Part shown: positions 44,011-53,952 of the stretch, one piece after another
Numbering within the stretch: the first letter of the stretch is position 1
How the letters are laid out: the number at the start of each line of letters is the position of its first letter
Origin: Verrucomicrobiota bacterium
Lineage (GTDB): Bacteria; Verrucomicrobiota; Verrucomicrobiia; Verrucomicrobiales; DEV007
Assembly: GCA_045046875.1 (NCBI GenBank)
Contig: JASFYY010000083.1
Span: 1-63,641 of the forward strand
Length of the DNA: 63,641 nt
Direction of reading: 5' to 3'
Program-made: the position numbers and the translations under genes
The notes under the pieces: generated by a model
What the model was told of the DNA's origin: nothing
Database searches by the model: none
Seen by the model: the letters and a program-made list of their open reading frames with translations, nothing else

Positions 44011-46749
44011 ATGAAAACAGTATCCAAAAAACTCCCCTCCTTATCAGCAAGTTCCACCGCATTAGCCCTCTCGCTCTCGCTCATTGCCTCCTCTGGACTG
44101 GCCAAAGACGAAAACAAGGCAGCCGCACCCAAACAAGTAAAAGTGAAGACAATTCCGTTGGATCTGTTTATCATTCCCGACGGCATGGAGATCACCCGCT
44201 GGGCCAGCTCCCCACTACTGCACAACCCCACCAATATCGACATCGACAAAGATGGCCGCATTTGGGTGGCCGAAGGGCGACGCTACCGCCGCAGCATGGA
44301 AAAATTTCCTAAAGGCGACCGCATCGTGGTGCTGGAAGACACCAACAACGATGGCAAAGCCGACTCCTCACACACCTTCGTCCAGGATCCTGACTTGGTC
44401 GCCCCACTGGGAGTAGCGGTCATCGACAATCAAATCGTCGTATCACAGCCACCCGACCTCATCGTTTATACCGACGTAGACCGGGATCTGAAATTTGACC
44501 CGGCCAAAGACAAAAAAGAAGTGCTGCTCACTGGTTTTTCTGGGAAAAACCATGACCACTCCCTACACTCCGTCACCGCCGGCCCAGACGGCAAATGGCA
44601 TTTTAATGGCGGCAACACCGGAGCAAAATTTACCGACAAATCAGGCAAAACCTTCCGCATAGCCGGCCCTTACAATCCCAAACCCATCGGCCCGATCAAA
44701 TTCCCCTTCAAGTCCTCCGACGTCGCCGGCCAACGCAGTGATGACGGACACATTTATGTCGGCGGTTTTGCCGTGCGCATGAACCCGGACGGCACTCACG
44801 CTGAAATCACAGGCTATAATTTCCGCAACAGCTTCGAACAATCGATCAATTCCTTCGGCGATGTTTTCCAAAACGACAACGACGACCCGCCTGCCTGCCG
44901 GGTATCCCATGTTCTCGAATACGGCAACGCTGGTTTTGCCTCTGCCGACGGCAAACGCTCGTGGCAAGCCGACCGTCGCCCGGGTCAAAGCATTCAAGTC
45001 GCCGAATGGCGTCAGGAAGATCCCGGCACCATGCCCGCGGGTGATGTTTATGGCGGAGGCTCCCCCACTGGCAATGTTTATTATGAAAATGGAGCGCTTG
45101 GAAAAAAATGGCGCGGCACTTTTTTTGCCTGCGAAGCCGGTCGCAACATCGTATTCGCCTATCAACCCATCCCCTACGGTGCTGGATTCGAATTGGAGCA
45201 AGAGCGTTTCATCACCTCTAATCCAGAAAAAAAATGGGCCGGCTCTGATTTCGTCAACGGAGGCTATCTGAAGCTCAGCCCGGACATCCGCACCCTCTTC
45301 CGCCCCTCCGACGTCGCGGTGGGACCCGATGGAGCTATTTACATTTCCGACTGGATCGATCCCCGCGTCGGCGGTCACCAAGCCCTCGACACCACTCAAT
45401 CCGGTGCGATCTACCGTATCGCTCCCAAGGGTTTCAAACCCGTGGTGCCCCAGCTCGATCTCGGCACCACCGCCGGACTCATCGAAGCGCTTAAGTCCCC
45501 AGCCATCAATGTCCGCAACTTAGGCTTTGTTGGTTTGAAAAAAGAAGGCGAGGCCGCCCTACCAGCAGTGCAGGCTTTGCTCAAGGATGAAAACCCCTAC
45601 ATCCAGAGCCGGGCCATTTTCCTCCTACCCCATCTGGGAGAAGCGGGAGTCAAAGCCGTTACCGGAATCGCCAGCGGCAGCAATGACGCAATGCAGCGAG
45701 TGAGTGCCTTCCGCGCTCTGCGACGAGCCGATCAGGCACTGCCCGACCTCGCCTCTGACCCCTCCCCCGCCGTGCGCAGGGAAGTGGCGCTCAGTTGCCG
45801 CAATCTGACCCTCGATCAAAGCCTCGATTCCCTGGTCAAAGTCGCCCAAAGATTTGATGGAGATGATCGCTCTTACCTCGAAGCTTTCGGCATTGGCGCA
45901 ACCAGTAAAGAATCCGAAATTTACACTGCAGTCAAAAAATCCATCGGCGACGATGACCCACTCAAATGGAGCAAAAGCTTCGCTCGCATCGCTTGGCGCC
46001 TGCACCCACAACAAGCGATCAAAGACCTGCTCGCCCGTGCCTTATCCGATAAATTACCCGCCGCGGATCGCAAATTGGCGATGACCGCGATTGCCTTTAA
46101 CGATAGCCTGGACGCCGCTCAAGCGATGCTGGAAATCGGAGCTCAAGAGAAATCACCGCTCACGGCGACTGCCACCTGGTGGTTGCTCAATCGTTCGGGC
46201 AACCTTTGGGCTAACCACCAACTCATGCCCAAACTCAAATCACGAGGCATTTATGATCCTAATACGATCGTGCTGCAAGAGATCGTCACCCCTGACCCCA
46301 AAGGCACTCCAAAAAATCTACCCAGCGTAGCTGAAATCCTCAAATTAACCGGAGATTCCAGTCGGGGAAAAACCACCGCCCAACGCTGCATCATGTGTCA
46401 CCAGATCGATGGAGTAGGTATCGAATACGGCCCCACCCTCACCGGTTTTGGTAAAACCCAAACCGCAGAAGTGCTGGTCGATGCCATCATCAATCCCAGC
46501 AGCGGAATCTCCCACGGTTACGAAGGCACGGAAATCAAAACCAAGGACGGCAAACTCATCCACGGCTTACTGATCAAGAACTCTAACCCCTTCATCATCC
46601 AATCCATGGGAGGAGTCACTCAGATCGTGCCGGGCAAAAAAATCAAATCACGCAAAAATCTCGGTCGCTCCCTGATGCTCTCAGGCGACCAACTGGGACT
46701 TACCGCACAAGATGTCGCCGACATCGTTGCTTATCTTAAAACCATCTAA
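44011..46749 (+). CDS. PVC-type heme-binding CxxCH protein (beta-propeller, HEAT repeats, cytochrome c)
   Basis: NPTNIDID..GRIWVAE, VLEDTNNDGKAD, HEAT repeats, CIMCH, GPTL; likely start 44011. Confidence 0.9.
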   Translation: MKTVSKKLPSLSASSTALALSLSLIASSGLAKDENKAAAPKQVKVKTIPLDLFIIPDGMEITRWASSPLLHNPTNIDIDKDGRIWVAEGRRYRRSMEKFPKGDRIVVLEDTNNDGKADSSHTFVQDPDLVAPLGVAVIDNQIVVSQPPDLIVYTDVDRDLKFDPAKDKKEVLLTGFSGKNHDHSLHSVTAGPDGKWHFNGGNTGAKFTDKSGKTFRIAGPYNPKPIGPIKFPFKSSDVAGQRSDDGHIYVGGFAVRMNPDGTHAEITGYNFRNSFEQSINSFGDVFQNDNDDPPACRVSHVLEYGNAGFASADGKRSWQADRRPGQSIQVAEWRQEDPGTMPAGDVYGGGSPTGNVYYENGALGKKWRGTFFACEAGRNIVFAYQPIPYGAGFELEQERFITSNPEKKWAGSDFVNGGYLKLSPDIRTLFRPSDVAVGPDGAIYISDWIDPRVGGHQALDTTQSGAIYRIAPKGFKPVVPQLDLGTTAGLIEALKSPAINVRNLGFVGLKKEGEAALPAVQALLKDENPYIQSRAIFLLPHLGEAGVKAVTGIASGSNDAMQRVSAFRALRRADQALPDLASDPSPAVRREVALSCRNLTLDQSLDSLVKVAQRFDGDDRSYLEAFGIGATSKESEIYTAVKKSIGDDDPLKWSKSFARIAWRLHPQQAIKDLLARALSDKLPAADRKLAMTAIAFNDSLDAAQAMLEIGAQEKSPLTATATWWLLNRSGNLWANHQLMPKLKSRGIYDPNTIVLQEIVTPDPKGTPKNLPSVAEILKLTGDSSRGKTTAQRCIMCHQIDGVGIEYGPTLTGFGKTQTAEVLVDAIINPSSGISHGYEGTEIKTKDGKLIHGLLIKNSNPFIIQSMGGVTQIVPGKKIKSRKNLGRSLMLSGDQLGLTAQDVADIVAYLKTI

Positions 46750-46762
46750 ACGCACAAACATC

Positions 46763-47050
46763 ATGGTCGCTATCGTCGTCACCTTGGAAGCCAATCCTGG
46801 CAAAACAGAAACCCTGCTTGAAGCATTGGAGGAAAATGCCCTCGGCTCCCGGCAGGAAGCCGGTTGCAGCAAATGGGAATACTCCCAACATATAGACGAT
46901 CCTAACAAGTTCGCCATCTACGAAACTTACGATGATGAAGCAGCGATCAAAGCTCACAAAAGCAGTGAGCATTTCCTCTACTGGGTGCAGCGAAATCAGC
47001 AAGAAAATTTGATCGCCAACAAACAAGCTGGCATCTATCGCGTCCTGTAA
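46763..47050 (+). CDS. Antibiotic biosynthesis monooxygenase (ABM) family protein
   Basis: SRQEAGC, FAIYETY, HKSSEHF. Confidence 0.85.
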   Translation: MVAIVVTLEANPGKTETLLEALEENALGSRQEAGCSKWEYSQHIDDPNKFAIYETYDDEAAIKAHKSSEHFLYWVQRNQQENLIANKQAGIYRVL

Positions 47051-47072
47051 ACAAAACGCCCCTTCCCCGCCG

Positions 47073-47963
47073 GTGTCTTTACGTCTCGAAATGTTACAGG
47101 TCGCCCGTCTCGGCCCCTCTGTGCTGGGCGAGGAAGCCTCTCGGTTAATCGAAAAATACATCCGTGGCCAACAAAACACCGACGGCGGATTCCGGGATCG
47201 TGATGGAGCCTCCGATCTCTATTACACCAGCTTCGCCATCGATGCATTGACCGCCCTTCAAGTCGATATCCCCGTCGATTCACTAACGGAATACCTGGAA
47301 AAACAATTCGATGTTCTAGAAGATTTGGATTTTGTCCACCTCTGCTGCCTCGCTCGCGCATCCTCCGCCTTGGAAAAATACCGCGGCAAGGACAGGCTAC
47401 AACCCGTGTTGGATCGCATCGAAGAGTTCCGCACTGCAGACGGCGGTTACAATCAAACCCCATCCCACGCCACCGGCTCCACTTACGCCTGCTTTCTCGC
47501 TTGGGGAGCCTACAGTGATCATGGGCGGGAAATTTCCAATCAAGAAAGCCTGGCCACTTGCCTAAAAACCCTCGCTACCAATGACGGTGCCTGGAGCAAT
47601 GATCTTGACTTCCCCATTGCCAACGCCCCGTCAACCGCCGCCGCCGTAGCTGTCTATCGCAACCTTCGACTTGCCATCCCCGAAAACACCACTCACTGGA
47701 TTTTGTCCTGCTTCCACCCGGGCAGTGGAGGTTTTCTCGCTTTCCCCGATGCCCCGATGCCGGATCTCCTCACCACCGCTGTCGCCCTTCATACCCTTGA
47801 TGCTCTGCAAACGCCCTTGGAAAACATCCGGGAGAACTGCCTCGATTTTATCGACACCCTATGGAGCGCACAAGGCGGATTTCACGGCAACTGGAGCGAT
47901 GACCAGATTGATATCGAATACACCTACTACGGCCTGCTCGCCCTCGGGCATCTGGCTTTGTGA
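47073..47963 (+). CDS. Prenyltransferase/squalene oxidase repeat protein
   Basis: QNTDGGF..DLYYT, DGGY, GGF..PDLLTTA, GGF..DIEYTYYGLLALG repeats. Confidence 0.85.
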   Translation: MSLRLEMLQVARLGPSVLGEEASRLIEKYIRGQQNTDGGFRDRDGASDLYYTSFAIDALTALQVDIPVDSLTEYLEKQFDVLEDLDFVHLCCLARASSALEKYRGKDRLQPVLDRIEEFRTADGGYNQTPSHATGSTYACFLAWGAYSDHGREISNQESLATCLKTLATNDGAWSNDLDFPIANAPSTAAAVAVYRNLRLAIPENTTHWILSCFHPGSGGFLAFPDAPMPDLLTTAVALHTLDALQTPLENIRENCLDFIDTLWSAQGGFHGNWSDDQIDIEYTYYGLLALGHLAL

Positions 47964-47966
47964 ACC

Positions 47967-49796
47967 ATGAGCCTTGCCGCCGAACTTCAATCGTCTATCG
48001 ATAACGCCAGCCAACACTTGCTGGCAGAACGCAATCCGCAAGGGTGGTGGCAGGGCGAACTTTCCACCAGTGCGCTGTCCACCGCCACCGCCTGCATCGC
48101 CCTGCACTGCGTCGATCCCGATCGCTTCAAGCAGCACATCACGCGTGGATTAAAATGGCTGCGCGATCACCAGAATAAAGACGGAGGCTGGGGGGATACC
48201 ACCATCAGTTTTTCTAATATCTCAACCAGCCTACTGTGCTGGTCCGCTCTGAATCTGTCCGCACAAAAAAACTCGCTCGCCAGTTCAAAAAAAGCCTCCC
48301 TCTGGATCGAAAAATACATCGGATCACTTGAAACCGACGCCATCGCGGAAGCCGTCAGTCAGCGCTACGGAAAAGACCGCACCTTTTCCGTCCCGATTTT
48401 GATGGCCTGTGCCATCTGTGGACGATTAGGAGAGGACGATAGCGCCGCGTGGAAAAAAGTCCTTCCGCTGCCTTTTGAACTAGCCACCTTCCCCCGCAGA
48501 TGGTTTGCCGCACTGCAACTGCCCGTAGTCAGCTATGCCCTGCCTGCTCTCATCGCCATTGGTTATGCCCGTTTTGTCCATGTCCGTCCCTGGCTGCCAC
48601 TGCGCCTGATCAAAAAATGGGCTTGGCCCAAAGCCTCGCGTGTTTTAATCGAAATCCAACCCGGCAGCGGAGGATACCTCGAAGCCACCCCGCTCACCAG
48701 TTTTGTCACCATGGCACTGGCCTCCAGTGGGCAAAAAAAACACCCGGTGGTGCAAGCCGCCATCCCCTTTTTACTCGACTCCGTCAGGCCTGACGGCAGT
48801 TGGCCGATTGACAGTAATCTCGCCACCTGGGCAACCACTCTGGCAGTGAAAGCGCTGTCTTCCGCCGCCGCCCCCTCCCCTGACCTCCCTTTCCTGCCCG
48901 ATACAGAACAGCAGCCCATCCTTCAATGGTTGCAACAACAGCAATATCTCGAAACCCACGCCTATACCAACGCTCCGCCCGGCGGTTGGGCCTGGACCGA
49001 CCTGCCCGGCGGTGTCCCCGACGCGGACGATACGGCCGGAGCCCTGTTGGCATTACGAGCTCTGGACACAAAAAACCTTAGCGCAAACGAACTTCAAACT
49101 TCAGTGACCGCGGCCATCACCTGGTTAATCGATCTACAAAATCGCGACGGTGGCATCCCCACTTTTTGCCGGGGTTGGGGAGCCCTGCCCTTCGACCGCT
49201 CCAGCCCGGACCTCACTGCCCACGCCCTGCGTGCCTGGCTCGCCTGGTTGAATCAAATCCCACCCGCCCTGCGTGCCCGCACTCGACTGGCGATCGAAAA
49301 TGCTATCACCTATTTAAAAAACACCCAGCACAAGGGCGGCTGCTGGGTTCCCCTCTGGTTTGGCAACCAGCACCTGAGCGAAGAAAACAATCCCACCTAT
49401 GGCACCTCCATGGTCTTGCAAGCCCTAACTCTGCTTGACCAAAAACAACACCCTGAACTCAAGCGCATGCGCACCGATGCGCTGCACTGGTTGCTAAAAA
49501 ACCAAAACCCGGACGGTGGCTGGGGCGGCGGATCCGACACCCCGTCCAGCATCGAAGAAAGCGCGCTCGCGCTCGACGCCCTTTGCTGCAACCTCGCACA
49601 TTTTAAGGATCGGGAAAAAATCACCCTCAGCATACAAACAGGCACTCAGTGCCTGATCAAGCTCACCAAAAAAGGCCAACACTTCCCCGCATCCCCCATC
49701 GGTTTCTATTTTGCCAAACTCTGGTACCACGAAAAAATCTACCCGCTCGTCTGGACCGTCTCAGCTCTCAAACAAGCCCAACGCGCCCTCAACTGA
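47967..49796 (+). CDS. Squalene-hopene cyclase-like terpene cyclase
   Basis: WQGELS, QNKDGGW QW repeats, GGWAW, PDADDT (DxDD), QNRDGG, W.PLWFG. Confidence 0.85.
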   Translation: MSLAAELQSSIDNASQHLLAERNPQGWWQGELSTSALSTATACIALHCVDPDRFKQHITRGLKWLRDHQNKDGGWGDTTISFSNISTSLLCWSALNLSAQKNSLASSKKASLWIEKYIGSLETDAIAEAVSQRYGKDRTFSVPILMACAICGRLGEDDSAAWKKVLPLPFELATFPRRWFAALQLPVVSYALPALIAIGYARFVHVRPWLPLRLIKKWAWPKASRVLIEIQPGSGGYLEATPLTSFVTMALASSGQKKHPVVQAAIPFLLDSVRPDGSWPIDSNLATWATTLAVKALSSAAAPSPDLPFLPDTEQQPILQWLQQQQYLETHAYTNAPPGGWAWTDLPGGVPDADDTAGALLALRALDTKNLSANELQTSVTAAITWLIDLQNRDGGIPTFCRGWGALPFDRSSPDLTAHALRAWLAWLNQIPPALRARTRLAIENAITYLKNTQHKGGCWVPLWFGNQHLSEENNPTYGTSMVLQALTLLDQKQHPELKRMRTDALHWLLKNQNPDGGWGGGSDTPSSIEESALALDALCCNLAHFKDREKITLSIQTGTQCLIKLTKKGQHFPASPIGFYFAKLWYHEKIYPLVWTVSALKQAQRALN

Positions 49797-49807
49797 AGCA
49801 CCCAAAC

Positions 49808-50020
49808 TCACAAATCCGTGCTGTCATCCCTGCCCTTCAGCTGGATCAGCTTCTTTTTGATCACTTCCAACTCAACCGTCAACGAATGAGCTGACTTCAG
49901 AATACCCCCTTGGGTCTCCTCATCGCCCAAATCACGAACCGCCGGATGAATTTTCATCATCTGCAAAGCAATCTGCTTGCACGACTCCTCAATTTTCTCA
50001 ATAGCTTCTTCTCTCTTCAT
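49808..50020 (-). CDS. Small helical hypothetical protein
   Basis: ATG preceded by an AGGAG ribosome binding site on the minus strand. Confidence 0.6.
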   Translation of the reverse strand: MKREEAIEKIEESCKQIALQMMKIHPAVRDLGDEETQGGILKSAHSLTVELEVIKKKLIQLKGRDDSTDL

Positions 50021-50040
50021 AAAAAAATCTCCTTCTTATC

Positions 50041-50298
50041 TTATCCGCATTCATTTGCTTTCAAGTCATTTTCTCCAGCTGTCTGCTTCGCTACGGCTGC
50101 GAAATCCGTAGTTAAAACGCTTCTCTTCTCTTATCCTCGCTCATTTGCCTTCGGGTAGTTTCCTCCGGTTATCTCGCCCTGCTCGGCTGCGAAAGTTTGC
50201 CTTCGAGTAATAATCTCCGGCTGTCTCCTTTCAGTCGGCTGTGGTTAAAACTCTTCTCTTCTCTTATCCGCGCTCATCCGCGAAATCCGCGGTTAAAA
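50041..50298. repeat. Modular intergenic repeat: ATCCGCG backbone with three 45-nt inserts
   Basis: Three backbone units; related sequence at 58314-58437. Confidence 0.8.
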
Positions 50299-50304
50299 TT
50301 CTTC

Positions 50305-51471
50305 TCATCTCATTCGCCCCCCATCCTGCAAATCCTCCCAAACCTCCGCCAAAGCATCCGCCAGCGCCATCCAATCTTCCTCCTTCGTCTGCCAGCCACC
50401 ACTGATACGCAGCACCCGGCTCATCTGATCAAAATCCAAGCCCATCGCTTCCATCACATGCGAAGGATTCCCTTTTCCCGCTGAACAAGCCGACCCTGTT
50501 GATACCGCAAAACCCAAACGATCCAAACGAATCAACCACTTAAGATTTTTGGGCCCCGCCGCCGGCAAAATCAACATCACGGTATTCCACAAGCGCTCCG
50601 CCCCCTGCGCCACCAATCCCACTTCAGGCAAATCCTTGTCCACCCGTTTTTCAAAAGCCCCGCGAGCTCGCAAACGCAACGCTCTGCTTTCTACGGTCAA
50701 TTCACCTTGCCGTTCACGCAGCGCAGCCATCATCGCCGCCACTCCCGGATAGTCTTCCGTGCCCGCTCTCAGCCCCCCCTCCTGGGGACCTCCCACCTGT
50801 GACCGAAATCCCTCTACCACCGCCGCGCCCAAACACAAAAAACCCACCCCCTTGGGCCCACCGAACTTATGACCGCTGCCACTGAAAAAATCACATTCAC
50901 CCAAAGCCTGCAATTCCATTTTTCCAATCCACTGAGCCGCATCACAATGGTAGAACACCCCTTGCTTGCGACACAAAGCCGCAATCTGCTGCCACGGCTG
51001 AATCACTCCCGTTTCATTATTCGCCGCCATCACCGAGACCAGAGCCACTTGCTCTGCCGCAAGGATCTGCTGCAAATCACTCAAACCAACACATCCCATG
51101 TCATCCACCGCCAACTCACGCACCCGCTCATAACCAAAACTCTTAATCGCAGACTCCCTTACCGAAGGGTGCTCCACCGCACTGATCACCACCAGACTGC
51201 CCTCTGCCCCCACCCGCGCCGCATGATCCATCACCGCATTGTTCGCCTCGGTCGCTCCCGAAGTGAATACCACCGAGCCCTCTTCCACATCAAAATAGTC
51301 AGCCAACTCGCAACGCCCCTGCTCCAACAAACGTCGCGTCATGCCTGCATCACGATAAAGGCTGGATGGGTTCTGCCAATGCTCCGTTGTCGCCCGCAGC
51401 CACACATCCCTCGCCACCTCGCCCACCGGCGTCGTTGCGTTGTTATCGAAATAATGAGCGTAATCCGCCAT
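50305..51471 (-). CDS. Cysteine desulfurase (IscS/NifS family)
   Basis: YFDNNATT, NPSS, FTSGATEANN, NNETG, SGHKFGGPKG, STGSACS. Confidence 0.92.
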   Translation of the reverse strand: MADYAHYFDNNATTPVGEVARDVWLRATTEHWQNPSSLYRDAGMTRRLLEQGRCELADYFDVEEGSVVFTSGATEANNAVMDHAARVGAEGSLVVISAVEHPSVRESAIKSFGYERVRELAVDDMGCVGLSDLQQILAAEQVALVSVMAANNETGVIQPWQQIAALCRKQGVFYHCDAAQWIGKMELQALGECDFFSGSGHKFGGPKGVGFLCLGAAVVEGFRSQVGGPQEGGLRAGTEDYPGVAAMMAALRERQGELTVESRALRLRARGAFEKRVDKDLPEVGLVAQGAERLWNTVMLILPAAGPKNLKWLIRLDRLGFAVSTGSACSAGKGNPSHVMEAMGLDFDQMSRVLRISGGWQTKEEDWMALADALAEVWEDLQDGGRMR

Positions 51472-51664
51472 ACTGATTATATATACACCGTATCACGCAA
51501 ATCTCTCCTCAAGAGCTTCCGCAATCACCTCTTTAAGTTTGCTGCTTGTTTCTTCCATCTCAATCAGCAAAGCTTCTGGCAAATCAAGCGTAAGCCTGAC
51601 AAAAACACAAAAACATCATTTAGTCAATGTAGCGCCAACACCTTCACCGCTTAAAAATACTAAC

Positions 51665-51739
51665 ATTGTCAACAATCTTCCCCAAGATCGACCCAATTTA
51701 GCTTAACTCGACCCAAAATACAGCAATGTTGTTGACAAT
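51665..51739. promoter_or_regulatory. Candidate GntR operator pair
   Basis: attgtcaacaa at 51665 and its exact reverse complement ttgttgacaat at 51729, upstream of the GntR gene. Confidence 0.55.
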
Positions 51740-51771
51740 ATGCTCCGACTCGCTTAGCCATTGCAAGCACC

Positions 51772-52392
51772 ATGCAAAGCGTAAAACCAGACCAAGGGCA
51801 AAGCGAACAGATCGCCAGTCAACTGCGTAACGACATCATTTCCGGGCGAATGAAAGAAGGTGCCCCGCTGCGCGAAATTGCCTTGGCCAAACAATTCAAG
51901 GTCGGACGCGGCCCCATCCGGGAGGCGCTGCAAAGACTGTCCCACGAAGGCATGGTCACCGCCAAACCCAACTGCGGCGTCCGTGTCGCCGCCTCCCCCC
52001 CCGACTCCATCCAAGAATTGATCATCCCGCTACGTAGAACTTTGGAGACCTTTGCCCTGCGCTCTTTTTACCATGACTTGAAACCTACTGATTTCCAACG
52101 CTGGGACGACATCCTGCAACGCATGCGCCGTGCATGTGAAGACTGCGATTACGCCAGCACCGTCGAACTGGATATCGAGTTTCATCAATCCATCGTCGAG
52201 CGAGCCGAGCAAAATGATTTGTTATCAATCTGGCTCACTATGGTTTCCAGATTACGCCACCAATTTCAGCAAGGTCACCGCAAATATGACGATGCGATGA
52301 AAATTTACTACGAACACGCCGCCATTGTCGCCATTTTCCAAACCGGGGATCTTGAGCAATCCCTGCAAACACTTGAATGGAGCATTTCGTAA
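51772..52392 (+). CDS. GntR-family regulator (FCD domain)
   Basis: LREIALAKQFKVGRGPIREALQRLSHEG; DIEFH, EH. Confidence 0.92.
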   Translation: MQSVKPDQGQSEQIASQLRNDIISGRMKEGAPLREIALAKQFKVGRGPIREALQRLSHEGMVTAKPNCGVRVAASPPDSIQELIIPLRRTLETFALRSFYHDLKPTDFQRWDDILQRMRRACEDCDYASTVELDIEFHQSIVERAEQNDLLSIWLTMVSRLRHQFQQGHRKYDDAMKIYYEHAAIVAIFQTGDLEQSLQTLEWSIS

Positions 52393-52446
52393 AAAACACC
52401 TGCCAGCCATAACGGCAAAAATCTCTCACCCCCCAAAGTTCACACA

Positions 52447-53904
52447 ATGCCCTATTCCAAAACCAAACTCTCTATACTCGTTTTCAATAGCAGGCACGCG
52501 AATAAGCTCCTGCCATTTTTTAAAACCTCGCTGACTTTCAGCTTATTCAGCGCTTGTTTATTACTCTACAGTCAATCCCTCACGACAGCCGCCCCCTCAG
52601 CAGCACCCCAGCTCTCTATTGGCGCAGCGCGAGTGGACATCACCCCTGATTTCCCAGTACGCTTAAGTGGTTATTCAAGCCGCACTACGGAAGATACCAA
52701 AGTGGCGCTAAAATTATGGGCGCGAGCTTTGGTCATCGGTGACCAGGAACCTGTGGTGATGGTGACGGTTGACGCCATCGCCGTCCCCGGCAGCATCGCT
52801 GAAGCAGCAGCCAAGCAATTGGAAAAGAAATTTGGAATTTCACGAGCCCGCCTGGTGCTCGCCGGCACTCATTCCCATAATGCCCCTCACCCTGCGCGGG
52901 ACTACCTGCCGTGCATATTCCGTACCCCACTCAGCGAAGACGAATGGAAGTCGGTGGATCGTTATGGTCAACAAATGCTGCAAGGCATTGTGACCGCCGT
53001 CACCCAGGCAATGCAAAAACGCAAACCCTGCCAGTTGTCATGGGCGCAGGGATCTGCAGGATTTGCCGATAACCGGCGCACCGTGAAAGGAGTGGCTTCT
53101 ACCCAAGTTGATCATTCCCTGCCCTTGCTGGCCGCCCGCGATCAACAAGGCGACGTGGTGGCCACCCTGGTGAACTACGCCTGCCACTGCACCACCTTGG
53201 GAGCAGGTTATTCCATCTCCGGTGACTGGGCAGGTTATGCCTCGAAATCCTTGGAAAAAGATCACCCGAACGCGGTTGCCCTGGTCATGATTGGCTGCGG
53301 CGCTGATGCCAATCCAAAAGGCCGTGGAGGGAAACAGCCAAAAGTGCCCCTGGCTCAAAAACACGGTGCAGAGATCGCAAACGAAGTGAATCGCCTGCTC
53401 GGCGGAAAAATGAAAACCCTGAACCTTGTGCCTGAAGCCAAATTTCAATTTGTCGAGCTGCCACTTGAAGCGGCTCCGTCCCGGGACGAACTAGAAAAAA
53501 CAGCACTCAATAACAAAAAAATTCACAACCAGCAGTTGGCTCAAGCTCTGCTGAAAAAAATGGATGCCGGCATAGCTCCGGCCAGCAGCGTCAAATTACC
53601 CGTGCAAAGCTGGCGTTTTGGCGATGACCTAGGCATGATCTTTTTAGGTGGCGAAGTTGTGGTTGATTACTCGCTCAAGCTCAAACAACTCTACAGATCC
53701 GAGCGCCTATGGGTTTCCGCTTATTGCAACGACACCCCCTGTTACATCCCTTCTAAAAGAATATTAAACGAAGGCGGATACGAAGCCGACTTCTCGATGA
53801 TCTTCTACGGGAAACCAGCACGCTTCAAACCAGAGGTCGAACCTCTCCTGCTCAAAACGATCACCGGCCTGCTACCACCCCATTGGTTGCCAACTAACAA
53901 ATAG
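52447..53904 (+). CDS. Neutral/alkaline ceramidase-like protein
   Basis: DITP, LSGY, THSHNAP, NYACHCT, GADANP, GEVVVDY, EGGYE. Confidence 0.85.
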   Translation: MPYSKTKLSILVFNSRHANKLLPFFKTSLTFSLFSACLLLYSQSLTTAAPSAAPQLSIGAARVDITPDFPVRLSGYSSRTTEDTKVALKLWARALVIGDQEPVVMVTVDAIAVPGSIAEAAAKQLEKKFGISRARLVLAGTHSHNAPHPARDYLPCIFRTPLSEDEWKSVDRYGQQMLQGIVTAVTQAMQKRKPCQLSWAQGSAGFADNRRTVKGVASTQVDHSLPLLAARDQQGDVVATLVNYACHCTTLGAGYSISGDWAGYASKSLEKDHPNAVALVMIGCGADANPKGRGGKQPKVPLAQKHGAEIANEVNRLLGGKMKTLNLVPEAKFQFVELPLEAAPSRDELEKTALNNKKIHNQQLAQALLKKMDAGIAPASSVKLPVQSWRFGDDLGMIFLGGEVVVDYSLKLKQLYRSERLWVSAYCNDTPCYIPSKRILNEGGYEADFSMIFYGKPARFKPEVEPLLLKTITGLLPPHWLPTNK

Positions 53905-53952
53905 TTTATCCTGTTAAAAATTAACTCCCATACAAAGCCATCCTCTCACATC

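Noticed and set aside
50041..50298. CRISPR array
   Set aside because: The would-be spacers are homologous to each other, the repeats are degenerate, and no cas genes are present.
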